A DNA stretch of 64,000 nt, taken from the NCBI RefSeq assembly GCF_963921235.1, contig NC_086097.1, forward strand, positions 250,916,001-250,980,000, read 5' to 3'. Numbering within the stretch: position 1 is the stretch's first letter; the number at the start of each line of letters is the position of its first letter. The notes beneath the pieces were generated by a model that did not search any database, was not told the DNA's origin, and worked only from the letters and a program-made list of their open reading frames with translations. Of the stretch, positions 13,412-25,149 are shown in pieces. The position numbers were made by a program, and so were the translations under genes. This DNA is from Mobula hypostoma (taxonomy: Eukaryota).

Positions 13412-14403
13412 TGTGCTTGCAACACTGTGTGTCTGACAGAGTGATCAGCAGCACTGGGGCTCCACAGGGGACTGTCTTGTCTCCCTTTCTCTTCACCATT
13501 TACACCTCAGACTTCAACTACTGCACAGAGTCTTGTCATCTTCAGAAGTTTTCGGATGACTCTGCCATAGTTGGATGCATCAGCAAGGGAGATGAGGCTG
13601 AGTACAGGGCTACGGTAGGAAACTTTGTCACATGGTGTCAGCAGAATTATCTGTAGCTTAATGTGAAAAAGACTAAGGAGCTGGTGGTAGACCTGAGGAG
13701 AGCTAAGGTACCGGTGACCCCTGTTTCCATCCAGGGGGTCAGTGTGGACATGGTGGAGGATTACAAATACCTGGGGATACGGATTGACAATAAACTGGAC
13801 TGGTCAAAGAACACTGAGGCTGTCTACAAGAAGGGTCAGAGCCGTCTCTATTTCCTGAGGAGACTGAGGTCCTTTAACATCTGTCGGACAATGCTGAGGA
13901 TGTTCTACGAGTCTGTGGTGGCCAGTGCGATCATGTTTGCTGTTGTGTGCTGGGGCAGCAGGCTGAGGGTAGCAGACACCAACAGAATCAACAAATTCAT
14001 TCGTAAGGCCAGTGACGTTGTGGGGATGGAACTGGACTCTCTGACGGTGGTGTCTGAAAAGAGGATGCTGTCCAAGTTGCATGCCATCTTGAGCAATGTC
14101 TCCCATCCACTACATAATGGACTGGTTGGGTACAGGAGTACATTCAGCCAGCAACTCATTCCACCGAGATGCGACACTGAGCGTCATAGGAAGTCATTCC
14201 TGCCTGTGGCCATCAAACTTTACAACTCCTCCCTTGGAGGGTCAAACACCCTGAGCCAAAAGGCTGGTCCTGGACTTATTTCCCGGCATAATTTACATAT
14301 TACTAGTTAATTATTTATGGTTTTATTACTATTTAATTATTTATGGTGCAACTGTAATGAAAACCAATTTCCCCCGGGATCAATAAAGTATGACTATGAC
14401 TAT
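13412..14403 (+). mobile_element. Young 5'-truncated Rex1/Babar-like LINE with (ATGACT)n tail
   Basis: RT STGAPQGTVLSPFLF, KFSDDS, KTKELVVD, YKYLG; only one stop (13654); AATAAA followed by (ATGACT)n. Confidence 0.9.
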
Positions 14404-14539
14404 TTCTCTACCATCCATGTGCCTATTTAAGAGTTTCTTATCTCCCCTAAAGTATCTGCCTTTACCCAGAACTCTATGTGGGTCGATGGTACTAGTTCAG
14501 CATGGACTAGATGGGCCCATTGGCTTGGTACTGCACTGT

Positions 14540-15085
14540 GGTTGGTGGAGTTGTAGATAGTGTGGAAGGCTGTTTCAGGTTGCAAGGGGCATTAACAGGA
14601 TGCAGAGTTGGGCTGAATAATGACAGATGGAGTTCAACCAGAAGAAATGTGAAATGATCCACTTCGAAGGGTCAAATTTGAAGGCAGAATACAAGGTTAA
14701 TGACAGGATGCTTGGTCATGTGGAGGAACAGAGAGATCTTGGGGTCTACATCCATAGATCCCCACAACGTTGCCATGCAAGTGTTTGTGTGTTGGCCTTC
14801 ACTAGTCAGGGGATTGCATTCGAGAGCCATGAGGCAACAAGACCCTGGTGAGACCACACTTGGAATATTTTGTTCATTTCTGGTCATCTCATTATAGGAC
14901 GGATGTGGAAACTTTAGAGAGAATGCAGAGATCTACCAGGATGCTGCCTGGATTGGAGACCATGTCTTATGAAGATAGCTTGGATGAGCTAGTGGTTTTC
15001 TTTTTAGAGTGAAGGAGGATGAGAGGTGACTTTATAGAGGTGTACAAGAGGATAAGAGGCATAGATAGAGTGGGTGGCCAGAGTT
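14540..15085 (+). mobile_element. Decayed CR1 RT fragment
   Basis: QMEFNQKKCEMIHF..EQRDLGV. Confidence 0.75.
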
Positions 15086-15364
15086 CTCTGTTCTATGTTC
15101 AAATACTATGACTGTACTGCTTCCATCAAGGCAGTGCCAAGACAGAGGAGATACAAGTTGCATCTTGAAAGAATGATGGGGTGGTACAGCCATAAGGAAC
15201 AGCAATATTATTTATTTATTTGTTGCTTATTAATTATTTGTTCTTTTGTATTTGCACAGTAGTTGTCCATCTTTGTGTGTCATTTTTCATTGATTCTATT
15301 GTACTTTTGTGCCTACTGTGAATGCCCTCAAGAAAACGAATCTGAAGTATATGGAGATATTTGG

Positions 15365-15660
15365 GCAGCTCGGTACCATTGGGGTTAGCACGACACTATA
15401 ACAGCTCGGGGCATTCCAGAGTTTGGAGTTCAATTCCAGCACCACTCTGTAAGCAGTTTGTATGTTCTCCCATGGAATGAGTGGGTTTTCCCCGGGTGCT
15501 CTGGTTTCTTCCCACAGTCCAAAGACGTACCAGTTAGTCAGTTAATCGGTCATTGTAAAATTCTCCTGTGATTAGGTTAGGGTTAATCGAGTTTGTCAGG
15601 AGTTGCTAGGACAGTGTGGCTCGAAGGGACTACTCTGTGCTGTTTCACTAAATAAATAAA
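15365..15660 (+). mobile_element. tRNA-derived V-SINE (HE1-like)
   Basis: B-box-like GAGTTCAATTCC, V-domain GGGTTTTCCCCGGGTGCTCTGGTTTCTTCCCACAGTCCAAAGAC, (AAAT)n tail. Confidence 0.75.
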
Positions 15661-15745
15661 TATACGTACTCTGAAAATTAATTTGTGTTGAACTTTGCTT
15701 TCAGTTCTGCACCAATGACTTAGTGATGATTTATTGATAACTTAC

Positions 15746-15953
15746 CAGTGAGAATCACTCTCTTCTCACAGGAGAGGCTAAGAATTGCCGTGGATGTCTT
15801 AATCGAACTATTTTTTAAACGGTGCCCTTCGTCACAGATTAATAGGTTGAATTGAATGCTCTGAATTTGTTCTAGGCACCGCAGCAACATCTCATAACTG
15901 ATGACAAGAACTGAGTACAGCGGCGAAGCGATGAAGTCTTCTACTTTATGATC
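15746..15953 (-). CDS. RAD54B: RAD54B coding exon (exon 8; Walker B DEGH); absent from the ORF track
   Basis: cctacag|GAT ... ACTG|gtaag; 208 nt; DHKVEDFIASPLYSVLVISYEMLLRCLEQIQSIQFNLLICDEGHRLKNSSIKTSTAILSLSCEKRVILT. Confidence 0.96.
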
Positions 15954-15989
15954 CTGTAGGTAAATAAGTTAACAAAAATCAGAGACAGA

Positions 15990-16450
15990 GGCCTCACTTG
16001 GAGTACTGTGAGCAGCTTTGGGCCCCTTATGTACGAAAAGATGTGCTGTCATTGGAGTGGGTTCAGAGGAGGTTCACGAAAATGGTTCCGGGATTGAAAG
16101 GCTTGTCATATGAGGAGAGTTTGATGGTTCTGGGCTTGTATTCATTGAAATTTAAAAGAAGGAAGGGGAGATCTCATTGAAACCTTTAGAAATTTTAAAG
16201 GCCTAGATAGAGTGGATGTGGTGAAGATGTTTCCTACAGTGGAAGAGTCTAGGACCAGAGGGAACAACTTCAGGATAGAGGGGTGTCCATTTAGAACAGA
16301 GTAGAGGAAGAATTTCTTTAGCCAGAAGGTGGTGAATCTGTGGAATTCATTACCGCCAGCAGCTGTGGAGGCAATGAAAGGGAAATGGGTCAGCTACTGA
16401 TGGGCCAAATGGCCTAATTCTGCTCCAACGTTTTACGATCTTGTGGTCAC
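15990..16450 (+). mobile_element. CR1 3' fragment
   Basis: LEYCEQLWAPY..VQRRFTKMVPG. Confidence 0.85.
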
Positions 16451-17160
16451 TAGGATGATTCTTGCTTGGTTTTGTACTTGCCAAGACAGATCAGATCAAC
16501 AGCAGCCTTGCTTGCTGCCCTACATCATCTTTCAAATTTCCCATTATCCGTTGTAGTGCCCCCTCCCCTTCGTTCTTGTTAATGTTCTGTATCTAAACAT
16601 CATAACCTGAACACATACTCAGGTTACTGGGGAGCCGTGTGGCCTTGGCTGTTCCGCAGACCTGTCCTTCGTGACTTTGGATCACTCGTTGCTGCTGCCC
16701 ATGAGGGAGACGCCTGTTGGCATGGACATCAATTTCTACAACTTGTGGTAATTTCTCCGCCCTCCCCCTTTCTCTTTTTGAAATCCCCATTCTGGCTCTC
16801 TTCTTACCCCTACTCTTCACCTCATCTGTCCATCACCGCCCCAGGTGCTATTCCCCCATTCCTTCTTATCATAGTCCTCTGTCCTCTCCTTTTATCCCTC
16901 TCAGATGCCTCCTGCTTCAACCCTTTAACCTCTTCCATCTATCACCTCTTAGCTCATTCCCCTTCCCTCACCCACACACCTTCCCCCTCACTGGTCTCAC
17001 CTATCACCTCCCATCTTCGCACTTCATTACCCCTCAAGGTACAAAGTTCAAAGTAAAATTTATTATCAGAGTACATACATATCACAACATACAACCCTGA
17101 GACACACATCAAAGTTGCTGGTGAACGCAGCAGGCCAGGCAGCATCTCTAGGAGGAGGTA

Positions 17161-17198
17161 CAGTCGACGTTTCAGGCCGAGACCCTTCGTCAGGACTG
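17161..17198 (-). ncRNA. Intact minimal type I hammerhead ribozyme motif, sense to RAD54B pre-mRNA (intron 7)
   Basis: CAGTC CTGACGA AGG-GTCTCGG-CCT GAAA CG TC|GACTG; perfect 5-bp stem I, ACGU palindromic stem III. Confidence 0.8.
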
Positions 17199-17206
17199 AC
17201 CTGACC

Positions 17207-17250
17207 GTACAGTTCTGACGAAGGGTCTCGGCCTGAAAAGTCGACTGTAC
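17207..17250 (+). ncRNA. Minimal hammerhead motif with extended 8-bp stem I; loop III mutated to AG
   Basis: GTACAGTT CTGACGA AGGGTCTCGGCCT GAAA AG TC GACTGTAC. Confidence 0.65.
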
Positions 17251-18139
17251 CTCCTCCTATAGATGCTGCCTGGCCTGCTGCGTTCACCAGCAACTTTGAT
17301 GTGTGTTGCTTGAATTTCCAGCATCTGCAGAATTCCTGTTGTATACAACCCTGAGATCCTTTTTCAGAGGGCATACTTAGTATCTATAGAACAGTAACTG
17401 TAAACTATAAACATCAGGATCTGTAAACTGTAAACAAACTATGCAAATGCAGAGATAAACAAATAGCAATAAATAACGAGCATGAACAGAGTCCTTAAAC
17501 GAATATAGCTACCCCCTTTTGTTCAAGAGCTCGATGGTTGAGGGGTAGTAACTATTCTTGAACCTGTTGGTGCAAGTTCTGAGGCTCTTGTATCTTCTAC
17601 CTGATGGCAGCAATGAGAAGAGAACATGGCCTGGATCATGAGGATGTTTGATGATGGATGCTGCTTTTCTATGGCAACGTTTCATGTAGATGTGCTCAAT
17701 GGTTGGGAGGGTTTTACCCATGATGTACTGGGCTGAATCCACTACCTTTTGTAGGATTTTTCACTCAAAGGCATTGGTGTTCCCCTACCAGGATGTAATG
17801 CAGCCAGTCAGCACAGTTTCAGCACAAACTTGCCAAGGTTTTTGATGACATGCCAAACCTCCACAGATTCCTGAGGAAGTAGAGGTGCTGTTGTACTTTC
17901 TTTGCAATAAAATTTATGTGATGGGTCCAGGACAGGTATTCTGTGATAGTGACACCCAGGAATTTAAAGTTACTGGCCCTCTCCACCTCTGATCCTCCAA
18001 TGATTACTGGCTCATAGATCTCTGGTTTCCCTCTCCTGAAGTCAACAATTAGTTCTTGGTCTTATTGACATTGAGTCAGAGGTTGTTGATATTACACCAC
18101 TCAGCCAACTTTACATTCTCGATCCTGTATGCTGAACTT

Positions 18140-18422
18140 TCCCCGTACCTGGTCTTGCCCAGCAATTCCCAGCTTCTCACTTCACACACTCCCCCTTCCC
18201 CACCCACCCACCTGGCTTCACCTATCACCTCCAGCTTGTCCTCCTTCCCCACCATCCAGCTTCTTATTCTGGCCTCTTCCCCCTTCTTTCCAGTCTTAAT
18301 GAAGGGACTTGTCCCAAAATGTCAATAACTTATTCCTCTCCATAGATGTTGCCTGACTTGGTAAGTTCCTTCAGCATTGTGCATGTATTGCTCTGATTTC
18401 AGGCGTCTGCAGAATCTCTTGT
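18140..18422 (+). mobile_element. Old Penelope-like 3' fragment with dead hammerhead
   Basis: CAGTCTTAATGAAGGGACTTGTCCCAAAATGTC; downstream tail homology. Confidence 0.7.
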
Positions 18423-18974
18423 AGTAATGGATTATTCAGTGCCTAACATTTAGAAAACAAAACATCATATAAAGGAAAGTAAATGAAAGAAAACTTCACT
18501 CAATTTCACTTGCTCCATCACTGAACTGTTCCCTCTTCATCTCATGTTCAACATGTCTAATGTATAATAATAATGATAATTATTTCTTTTTATTCTTACT
18601 TTTTGTATTTGCACAGATTGTTGTCTTTTGCACATTGATGGTATGTGTGTGCTGTTATGTGTATTTTTTCATTGATCCTATTGTATTTCTTGTATGCCTG
18701 CAGGAAAATGAATCTCAGGGTTGTATATGCTGAAATAAGACCAAAAGACATGGGAGCAGAATTAGGCCATTCAGCCCATCTAATCTGCTCCACTATTCCA
18801 ACATGGCTGATCCCAGATCCCAATCAAACCCATACACCTGTGTCCTCACCATATCCTTTGATGCCCTGACCAATCAGGAAACGACCAATTTCCACGTTAA
18901 ACATACACACGAAATTGGCCTCCAGTGGAGTCTGTGGCAGAGTATATCCAAGATTCACAACTCACTGGCTAAAA

Positions 18975-20705
18975 GCTTATGATAGGTTCAAAAAATCGAG
19001 GTAGTGATAGAGATCTAGAAAATTACGAGGCTAGCAGGAAGGAGCTTAAGAATGTAATTAGGAGAGCCAGAGAGGGCCTTGAGAAGGCCTTGGCGAGCAG
19101 GATTAAGAAAAACCCAAAAGCATTCTACAAGTATGTGAAGAGCAAGAGGATAAGACGTAAAAGAATAGGACCAATCAAGTGTGATAATGGACAAGTGTGT
19201 ATGGAACTGGAGGACATAGCAGAGATACTTAATGAGTACTTTGCTTCAGTATTCACTAAGGAAAAGGATCTTGGCGATTGTAGGGATGACTCACAGTGGA
19301 TTGAAAAGCTTGAGCATATGGACATTAAGAAAGAGGATGTTCTGGAGCTTTTGGAAAGCATCAAGTTGGATAAGTCTCTCCCCTCTCCCAGGCTCACCTA
19401 TCACTGACCATCTTGTATTTCTTCCTCCATTCCCCCCCCCCACCTTCTTACTCTGACCTCATCTTTTTCTCTCCAGTCCTGATGAAGGGTCTCAGCCAGA
19501 ATGTCGACTGTTTATTCTTTTCCATAGATGCTGCCTGGCCTGCTGAGTTCCTCTAGCGTTTTGTGTGTGGTGCTTCTAATGTGTGAGCTGGCTGCTATTT
19601 GCACAGGGGCGTTCATGTTTGGAGGTTACAGGTTTCTATCGAACCTCTGTCGGGGGCTGGTCATAATTGACTGGATGAGATGTACCCCAGGGAGGCGAGA
19701 GAAGAGATTGCCCTGACTCTAGCCAACATAGTTCTCCAGATCATTGAGGCATACAAGCCTCCAAACCCTACGACAAGGTTGTGGTCCTCTTGGAGAAGTG
19801 ATGGAGGAACAGTGATGTATTTCCAAAATGGGGGGGTGAGGAGTGGTGGGGGATGCATGACCGCGACAGTGTCTGCCTTGACAAGCTTCTCAGTGTCCCC
19901 ATTGGTAGAAGGTATGCGTTTCAAAGATATCGTGTTGAGTGGCGGAGGGAGTGCATGGAGTCCAGTCAAGCAGGCTACTTTGTCCCAGGAGATGTTAGGT
20001 TCCTTGACCTTTGGAGCTGCATTTGTCCAGGCGAGCGGGCAGTATTCCTTTGCTCTGGTGTATGTGCAGATGGTGGAGAGGTTTGAGTCGACAGCAGGTG
20101 GGTCAGTTGGCCTCTATACGGTTCTCTAAGCCACAGTCTATTTGTGGCTGGTGGAGTTGAGTTTCTGATATCATTGCTGAGCCTCTGGCGATGATCTTTG
20201 CATCATCAATGAGGACGGGAGAGGTTCCGGAGGATTGGAGGGTTGCAGATGTTGTTCACTTATTCAAGAAAGGGAGTAGAGATAGCCCAGGAAATTATAG
20301 ACCAGTGAGTCTTACTTCAGTGGTTGGTAAGTTGATGGAAAAGATCCTGAGAGGCAGGAACTATCAGCATTTGGAGAGGCATAATATGATTAGGAATAGT
20401 CAGCATGGCTTTGTGAAAGGCAGGCCTTGCCTTACGAGCCTGACTAATGTGACTAAACACATTGATGAAGGTGGAGTGGTAGATGTAGTGTATATGGATT
20501 TCAGCAAGGCATTTGATAAGGTATCCCGTGCAAGGCTTATTGAGAAAGTAAGTAGGCATGGGATCCAAGGGGTCATTGTTTTGTGGATCCAGAATTTGTT
20601 TGCCCACAGAAGGCAAAGAGTGGTTGTAGACAGGTCATATTCTGCGTGGAGGTCGATGAACAGTGGTGTGCCTCAGGGATCTGTTCTGAGACCCCTACTC
20701 TTCCT
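18975..20705 (+). mobile_element. CR1 ORF2 fragment interrupted by a Penelope tail (~19376-19575) and another LINE
   Basis: NPKAFYKYVKSK; EVPEDWRVADV..NYRPVSLTS..GVPQGSVL. Confidence 0.85.
19720..20170 (-). mobile_element. 3' end of a distinct CR1/L2-group LINE nested in CR1
   Basis: Decayed LSTI..EYCPLAWTNAAP..DKVACL RT C-terminus; host CR1 sequence GAGATTGC|TGAGCC is split around it. Confidence 0.55.
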
Positions 20706-21269
20706 GTTACCTTTCAAACTGGTAAATTGCTGCTGATACAACTGTTGTTGGTAGAATCTCAGGTGGTGATGAGAGGGCGTACAGGAGTGAGATCTGCCTG
20801 TATTGTGCTGTAGGTTTTCTATATTTCTAAAAAAACTCTTACTTACCTCCATTCTAATAGATCGCCCTTCGATTTTAAGGCTGTGCCCTCTAGTTCTGGA
20901 TAGACCCACCATCGGAAACATTCTCTCACATCCACCTATCCAGTCCTTTCAACATTCAATAGGTTTCAATGAGATCCCCCCTACATTCTTCTAAATTCCA
21001 GTGAGTACAGGCCCAAACCTGCCAAACACTACTCTTATGTTAACCCCTTTATTTCTGGCACCATCCTCATGAACCTCCTCTGGACTCCTTCCAATGACAA
21101 CACATCCTTTCTGAGATATGGGGCCCAAACTGTTGACGATACTTCGTGCAGCCTGACTAGTGTCTTATAAAGGCTCGGCATTATCTCCTTGATTTTATAT
21201 TCTATTCCTCTTGAAATAAGTGCCAACATTGTATTTGCCTTCTTTGCCACTGACACAACCTGTACATAA

Positions 21270-22021
21270 ACCTTCTGGGAGTCTTGCACGAGGACTCCTA
21301 AGTCCCTCTGCACCTCTGATGTTTGAACCTTCTCCCCATTCAGATAATAGTCTGCACTATTGTTCCTTTTACCAAAATGCATTATCATACATTTTTCAAC
21401 ACTGTATTCCATCTGCCATTTTTTGCCCATTCTTCCAATTTGTCTATGTCTTGCTGCAATCGCGTTGCTTCCTCAACACTACCTACCCCTCCACCTATCT
21501 TCTTATAGTCATAGTCATAGTCATACTTTATTGGTCCCGAGGGAAATTGGTTTTCGTTACAGTTGCACCAACCAAGAATAGAGTATAAATATAGCAATAT
21601 AAAACCATAAATAATTAAATAGTAATATGTAAATTATGCCAAGAAATAAGTCCAGTACCAGCATAATTTACATATTACTATTTAATTATTTATGGTTTTA
21701 TATTGCTATATTTATACTCTATTCTTGGTTGGTGCAACTGTAACGAAAACCAATTTCCCTCAGGATCAATAAAGTATGACTATGACTATAAGAAGATAGG
21801 TGGAGGGGTAGGTAGTGTTGAGGAAGCAATGCAATTGCAGAAAGACATAGACAAATTGGAAAAATGGGCAAAAAATGGCAGACGGAATAGTGTTGAAAAA
21901 TGTATGATAATGCATTTCGGTAAAAGGAACAACAGTCGGACTATTATCTGAATGGGGAAAAGGTTCAAACATCAGAGGTGCAGAGGGACTTAGGAGTCCT
22001 CGTACAAGACTCCCAGAAGGT
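21270..22021. repeat. ~750-bp palindrome (arms 21270-21639 and 21661-22021, 21-nt spacer); each arm is a CR1 segment plus a Rex1 (ATGACT)n tail
   Basis: Direct reverse-complement match; mirrored ORFs 21385-21597(-) and 21703-21951(+). Confidence 0.95.
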
Positions 22022-22511
22022 ATCAGCCGCAAACTTTGCCACAAAGCTATCAATTCCATTATCAAAATCACAGACAAACACTGTGAAAAGCAGCGGTTCC
22101 AATACTGATCCCCGAGGAACACCACTAGTCACCGGCAGCTAAGCAGAAAAGGGTCCCTTTATTCTGACTAAATGCCTCCTGCCTGTCCCCATTCCGCTAT
22201 CCATACCAGTACCTTTCCTGCAACGCCATAGGATTTTATCTTGTTAAGCAGCCTCGTGTGGCAGCTTATCAAACGCCTTCTGAAAATCCAAGTAAATGAC
22301 ATCCACTGCCTCTCCTTTGTCCACCCTGCTTGTTACTTCCTCGAAGAATTCTAACAGATTTGTCAGGCAAGACTTCCCATTTCAGAAACCATGCTGATTT
22401 TGACTTATTTTATCATTAGTCTCCAAGTGCCCTGACACTTCGTCCTTAGTAATAGACTCCAACACTTTCCCAACCACTGAGGTTAGCCTAACTGGCTCAT
22501 AATTTCCTCCC

Positions 22512-22748
22512 ACAAACAAGAAAAAAATCTGCTGATGCTGGAAATCTGAGCAACACACACAAAATGCTGGAGGAATTCAGCAGGCCAGGCAACATCTATG
22601 GAAAAGAGTACAGTCGACGTTTTGGCCGAGACCCTTCAGCTGTTCTGCTTTTCTGCTGAAAGGTCGCAGCCTGAACCGTTGACAGTACTCTTTTCCAAAG
22701 ATGCTGCCTGGCCTGCTGAGTTCCTCCAGAATTTTGTGTGTGTTGCTA
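22512..22748. mobile_element. Older fold-back Penelope-derived mini-element with two degenerate hammerheads
   Basis: Inverted arms ~22550-22640 and ~22655-22746; ATAATTTCC on both sides within the CR1 host. Confidence 0.8.
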
Positions 22749-24300
22749 TAATTTCCGCTCTTTTGTCTTCCTCCCTTCTTAAAGAGTGGACTGACATTTG
22801 CAATTTTCCAGTCCTCCGGGACCATGCCAGAATCAAGTGATGCTTGAAAGATCATGACCAATGCATCCATTATCTCTTCAGCAACCTCTTCCAGTACTCT
22901 GGGATGTCGTCCATCCAGTCCAGGTGACTTATCCACTTTAAGAACTTCGAGTTTGCCTAGCACATTTTTCTTTGTAATCCTCATGCTCCTTGACACTCAC
23001 AGATCTCTGGCACACTGCTAGTGTCTTCCACAGTGAAGACAGATGCAAAGTACCCATTAAGTTCATCTGCCATTTCTTTGTCCCCCATTACTACCTCACC
23101 TGCATCATTTTCCAATGGTCCAATATCAACTCTCACCTCCCTTTTACTCTCTATATAACTGAAAATGCTTCTAGTATCCTGCTCTATATTATTGGCTAGT
23201 TTGCCATCTTATTTCATCTTTTCCCTTTTATAGCTTTTCTAATTACCTCTTATCGGGTTTTAAAAACTTTTCAACCTCCAACTTCCCACTAACTTTTGCT
23301 ACTTTATATTCCCCTTCCTTGGCTTTTATGCAGTCCTTAACTTTCTTTGTCAGCCACAGTTGCCTACCCCTGCCATTTGAGAACAACTTCTTCCATGGGA
23401 CTTATCGATCCTGTGCCTTGTCAACTATTCCCATAAACTTCAGCCATCTCTGCTGTGCCGTCATCCTTACCAGTATCCTCCTCCAATCCACCTGGGTAAG
23501 CTCCTCTCTCATGCCTTTGTACATCCATTTATTCCATTGCGATACTCATAAATATGATTTATGCTTCTCCCTCTCAAATTGTAGTATGAATTAAATCATA
23601 TTATGATCACTGCCTCCTAAGTGTTCCTTTACATTAAGCTCCCTTATGAGTTCTGGGTTATTACACAACACCCAACCCAAGATTGCCTTTCCCTGAGTAG
23701 GATTAAGCACAAGCACAAGGCATTCAACAAATTCCCTCTCTTGTGATCCGACACCAGCCCGATTTTCCCAATCCCCTTGCAAATTGAAGTTCCCCATTAC
23801 AATTGTGACATTACTCTTATTACAAGTCTTTTTCAGCTTCCTTTGCAATCTCAACCCCACATCTTGGCTATTATTTGGAGGTCGCTATATGATTTCCATA
23901 ATGGTTTTTTTACCCTTGCAATTTCTTAACTCCACCCACAAAGATTTAACATTCTCTGACCCTGTGTTATGCATTTCTAAAGATGTAATTCCATCTCTTA
24001 CCAAAAGAGCCACATCACCACCTATGCCTTCCTGCTTGTCCTTTGCTACAAAGTATATCCTTTGATGTTAAGCTCCCAACTACAGCCTTCGTTCAGACAC
24101 AACTCAGTGATGTCCACAATATCATACCAACCAATCTCTACATATATACCAACATGTATGACTTCGATAATAAATTTACTTTCAACAATGGAATTTTGAA
24201 TTGCTGAATATTACTTGCAATTAATTTTCATTATTCAAATGGGAACTCTATGAAAATATCAAAGAGGAAGGAAGAGACATAAAGGGTAAAATTATGCTAC

Positions 24301-24526
24301 CTGATCCACTGCAAAAACCTTTAACCTCTCCAGTCCAAGCCATTTGTGGAACTCGCTGACCCAGTTCTTCACAAGACTCCCTGGTGTGACTATAAGAGTC
24401 TTCTTGATGATAGGCTTGTTCCCATAAAGTCCTTGGCGCATCAGGGTCCAAATCAGGGCAATACACTGCAGGGTTTTCCCCAAACCCATTTCATCAGCCA
24501 GAATAGCACCGAACCTGCCAGATGTC
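24301..24526 (-). CDS. RAD54B: RAD54B coding exon (exon 7; Walker A / motif I and Ia)
   Basis: tttccag|GA ... GATCAG|gtagc; 226 nt; [28 protein letters not shown]...TPGSLVKNW...FAVDQ. Confidence 0.96.
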
Positions 24527-25149
24527 CTGGAAATAATTGTTTATATTTCAGAATCACGTTTATTATCACTGACAACTGTCAGAAAATTTGGATGTAAAAC
24601 TTGAAAATCAGAATAAAATTTTAAAAATCAGCATAAAAGTATCAAATATATATATATATAGTTGATATTGTAATTTAGCATTAAACTATCCATAACAACT
24701 ATCCATACAAAGGCTATGGGAACTGTACCTCCCTGAATTGCAGGATTCTGCAGGGAGTGGTGCGGACAGCCCAGCGCATCTGTAGTTGTGAACTTCCCAT
24801 GATTCAGGACATTTACAAAGACAGGTGTGTAAAAAGGGCTCATAGGATCACTGGGGACCCGAGTCACCCCAACCACAATCTATTCCAGCTGCTACCATCA
24901 TAAAAGCCAGGACCAACGGGCTCTGGGACAGCTTCTTCCACCAGGCTATCAGACTGATTAACTCATGCTGATTTGAGCGTATTCTATGTTACTTTGGCTG
25001 TTCTATTTATTATATATTATTATTAAGTACTATGATTGCACATTGCACATTTAGACTGAGACGTAATGTAAAGATTTTTATGTGAAGGATGTAAAAAATA
25101 AAGTCAGTTCAATTAGCATAAAAATATAAAATACTTGTAGAATATTGAT

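Larger units (their letters stand above)
17103..17342. mobile_element. Fold-back Penelope-derived mini-element with two back-to-back hammerheads and a 14-bp TSD
   Basis: Arms 17102-17198 and 17210-17306 (94/97 complementary); TSD ATACAACCCTGAGA at 17089-17102 and 17343-17356. Confidence 0.9.
17040..18135 (-). mobile_element. Rex1/Babar-like LINE 3' part with (TTTGAAC)n tail
   Basis: KAASIIKHPHDPGHVLFSLLPSGRRY; FKFLGV. Confidence 0.8.
20825..24140 (-). mobile_element. CR1 ORF2 (APE + RT) decayed copy containing two palindromic insertions
   Basis: MGNFNLQ..GSDHNMI (APE); DKSPGLDG..VPEDWKIANV; KWQMEYSVEKC. Confidence 0.85.
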
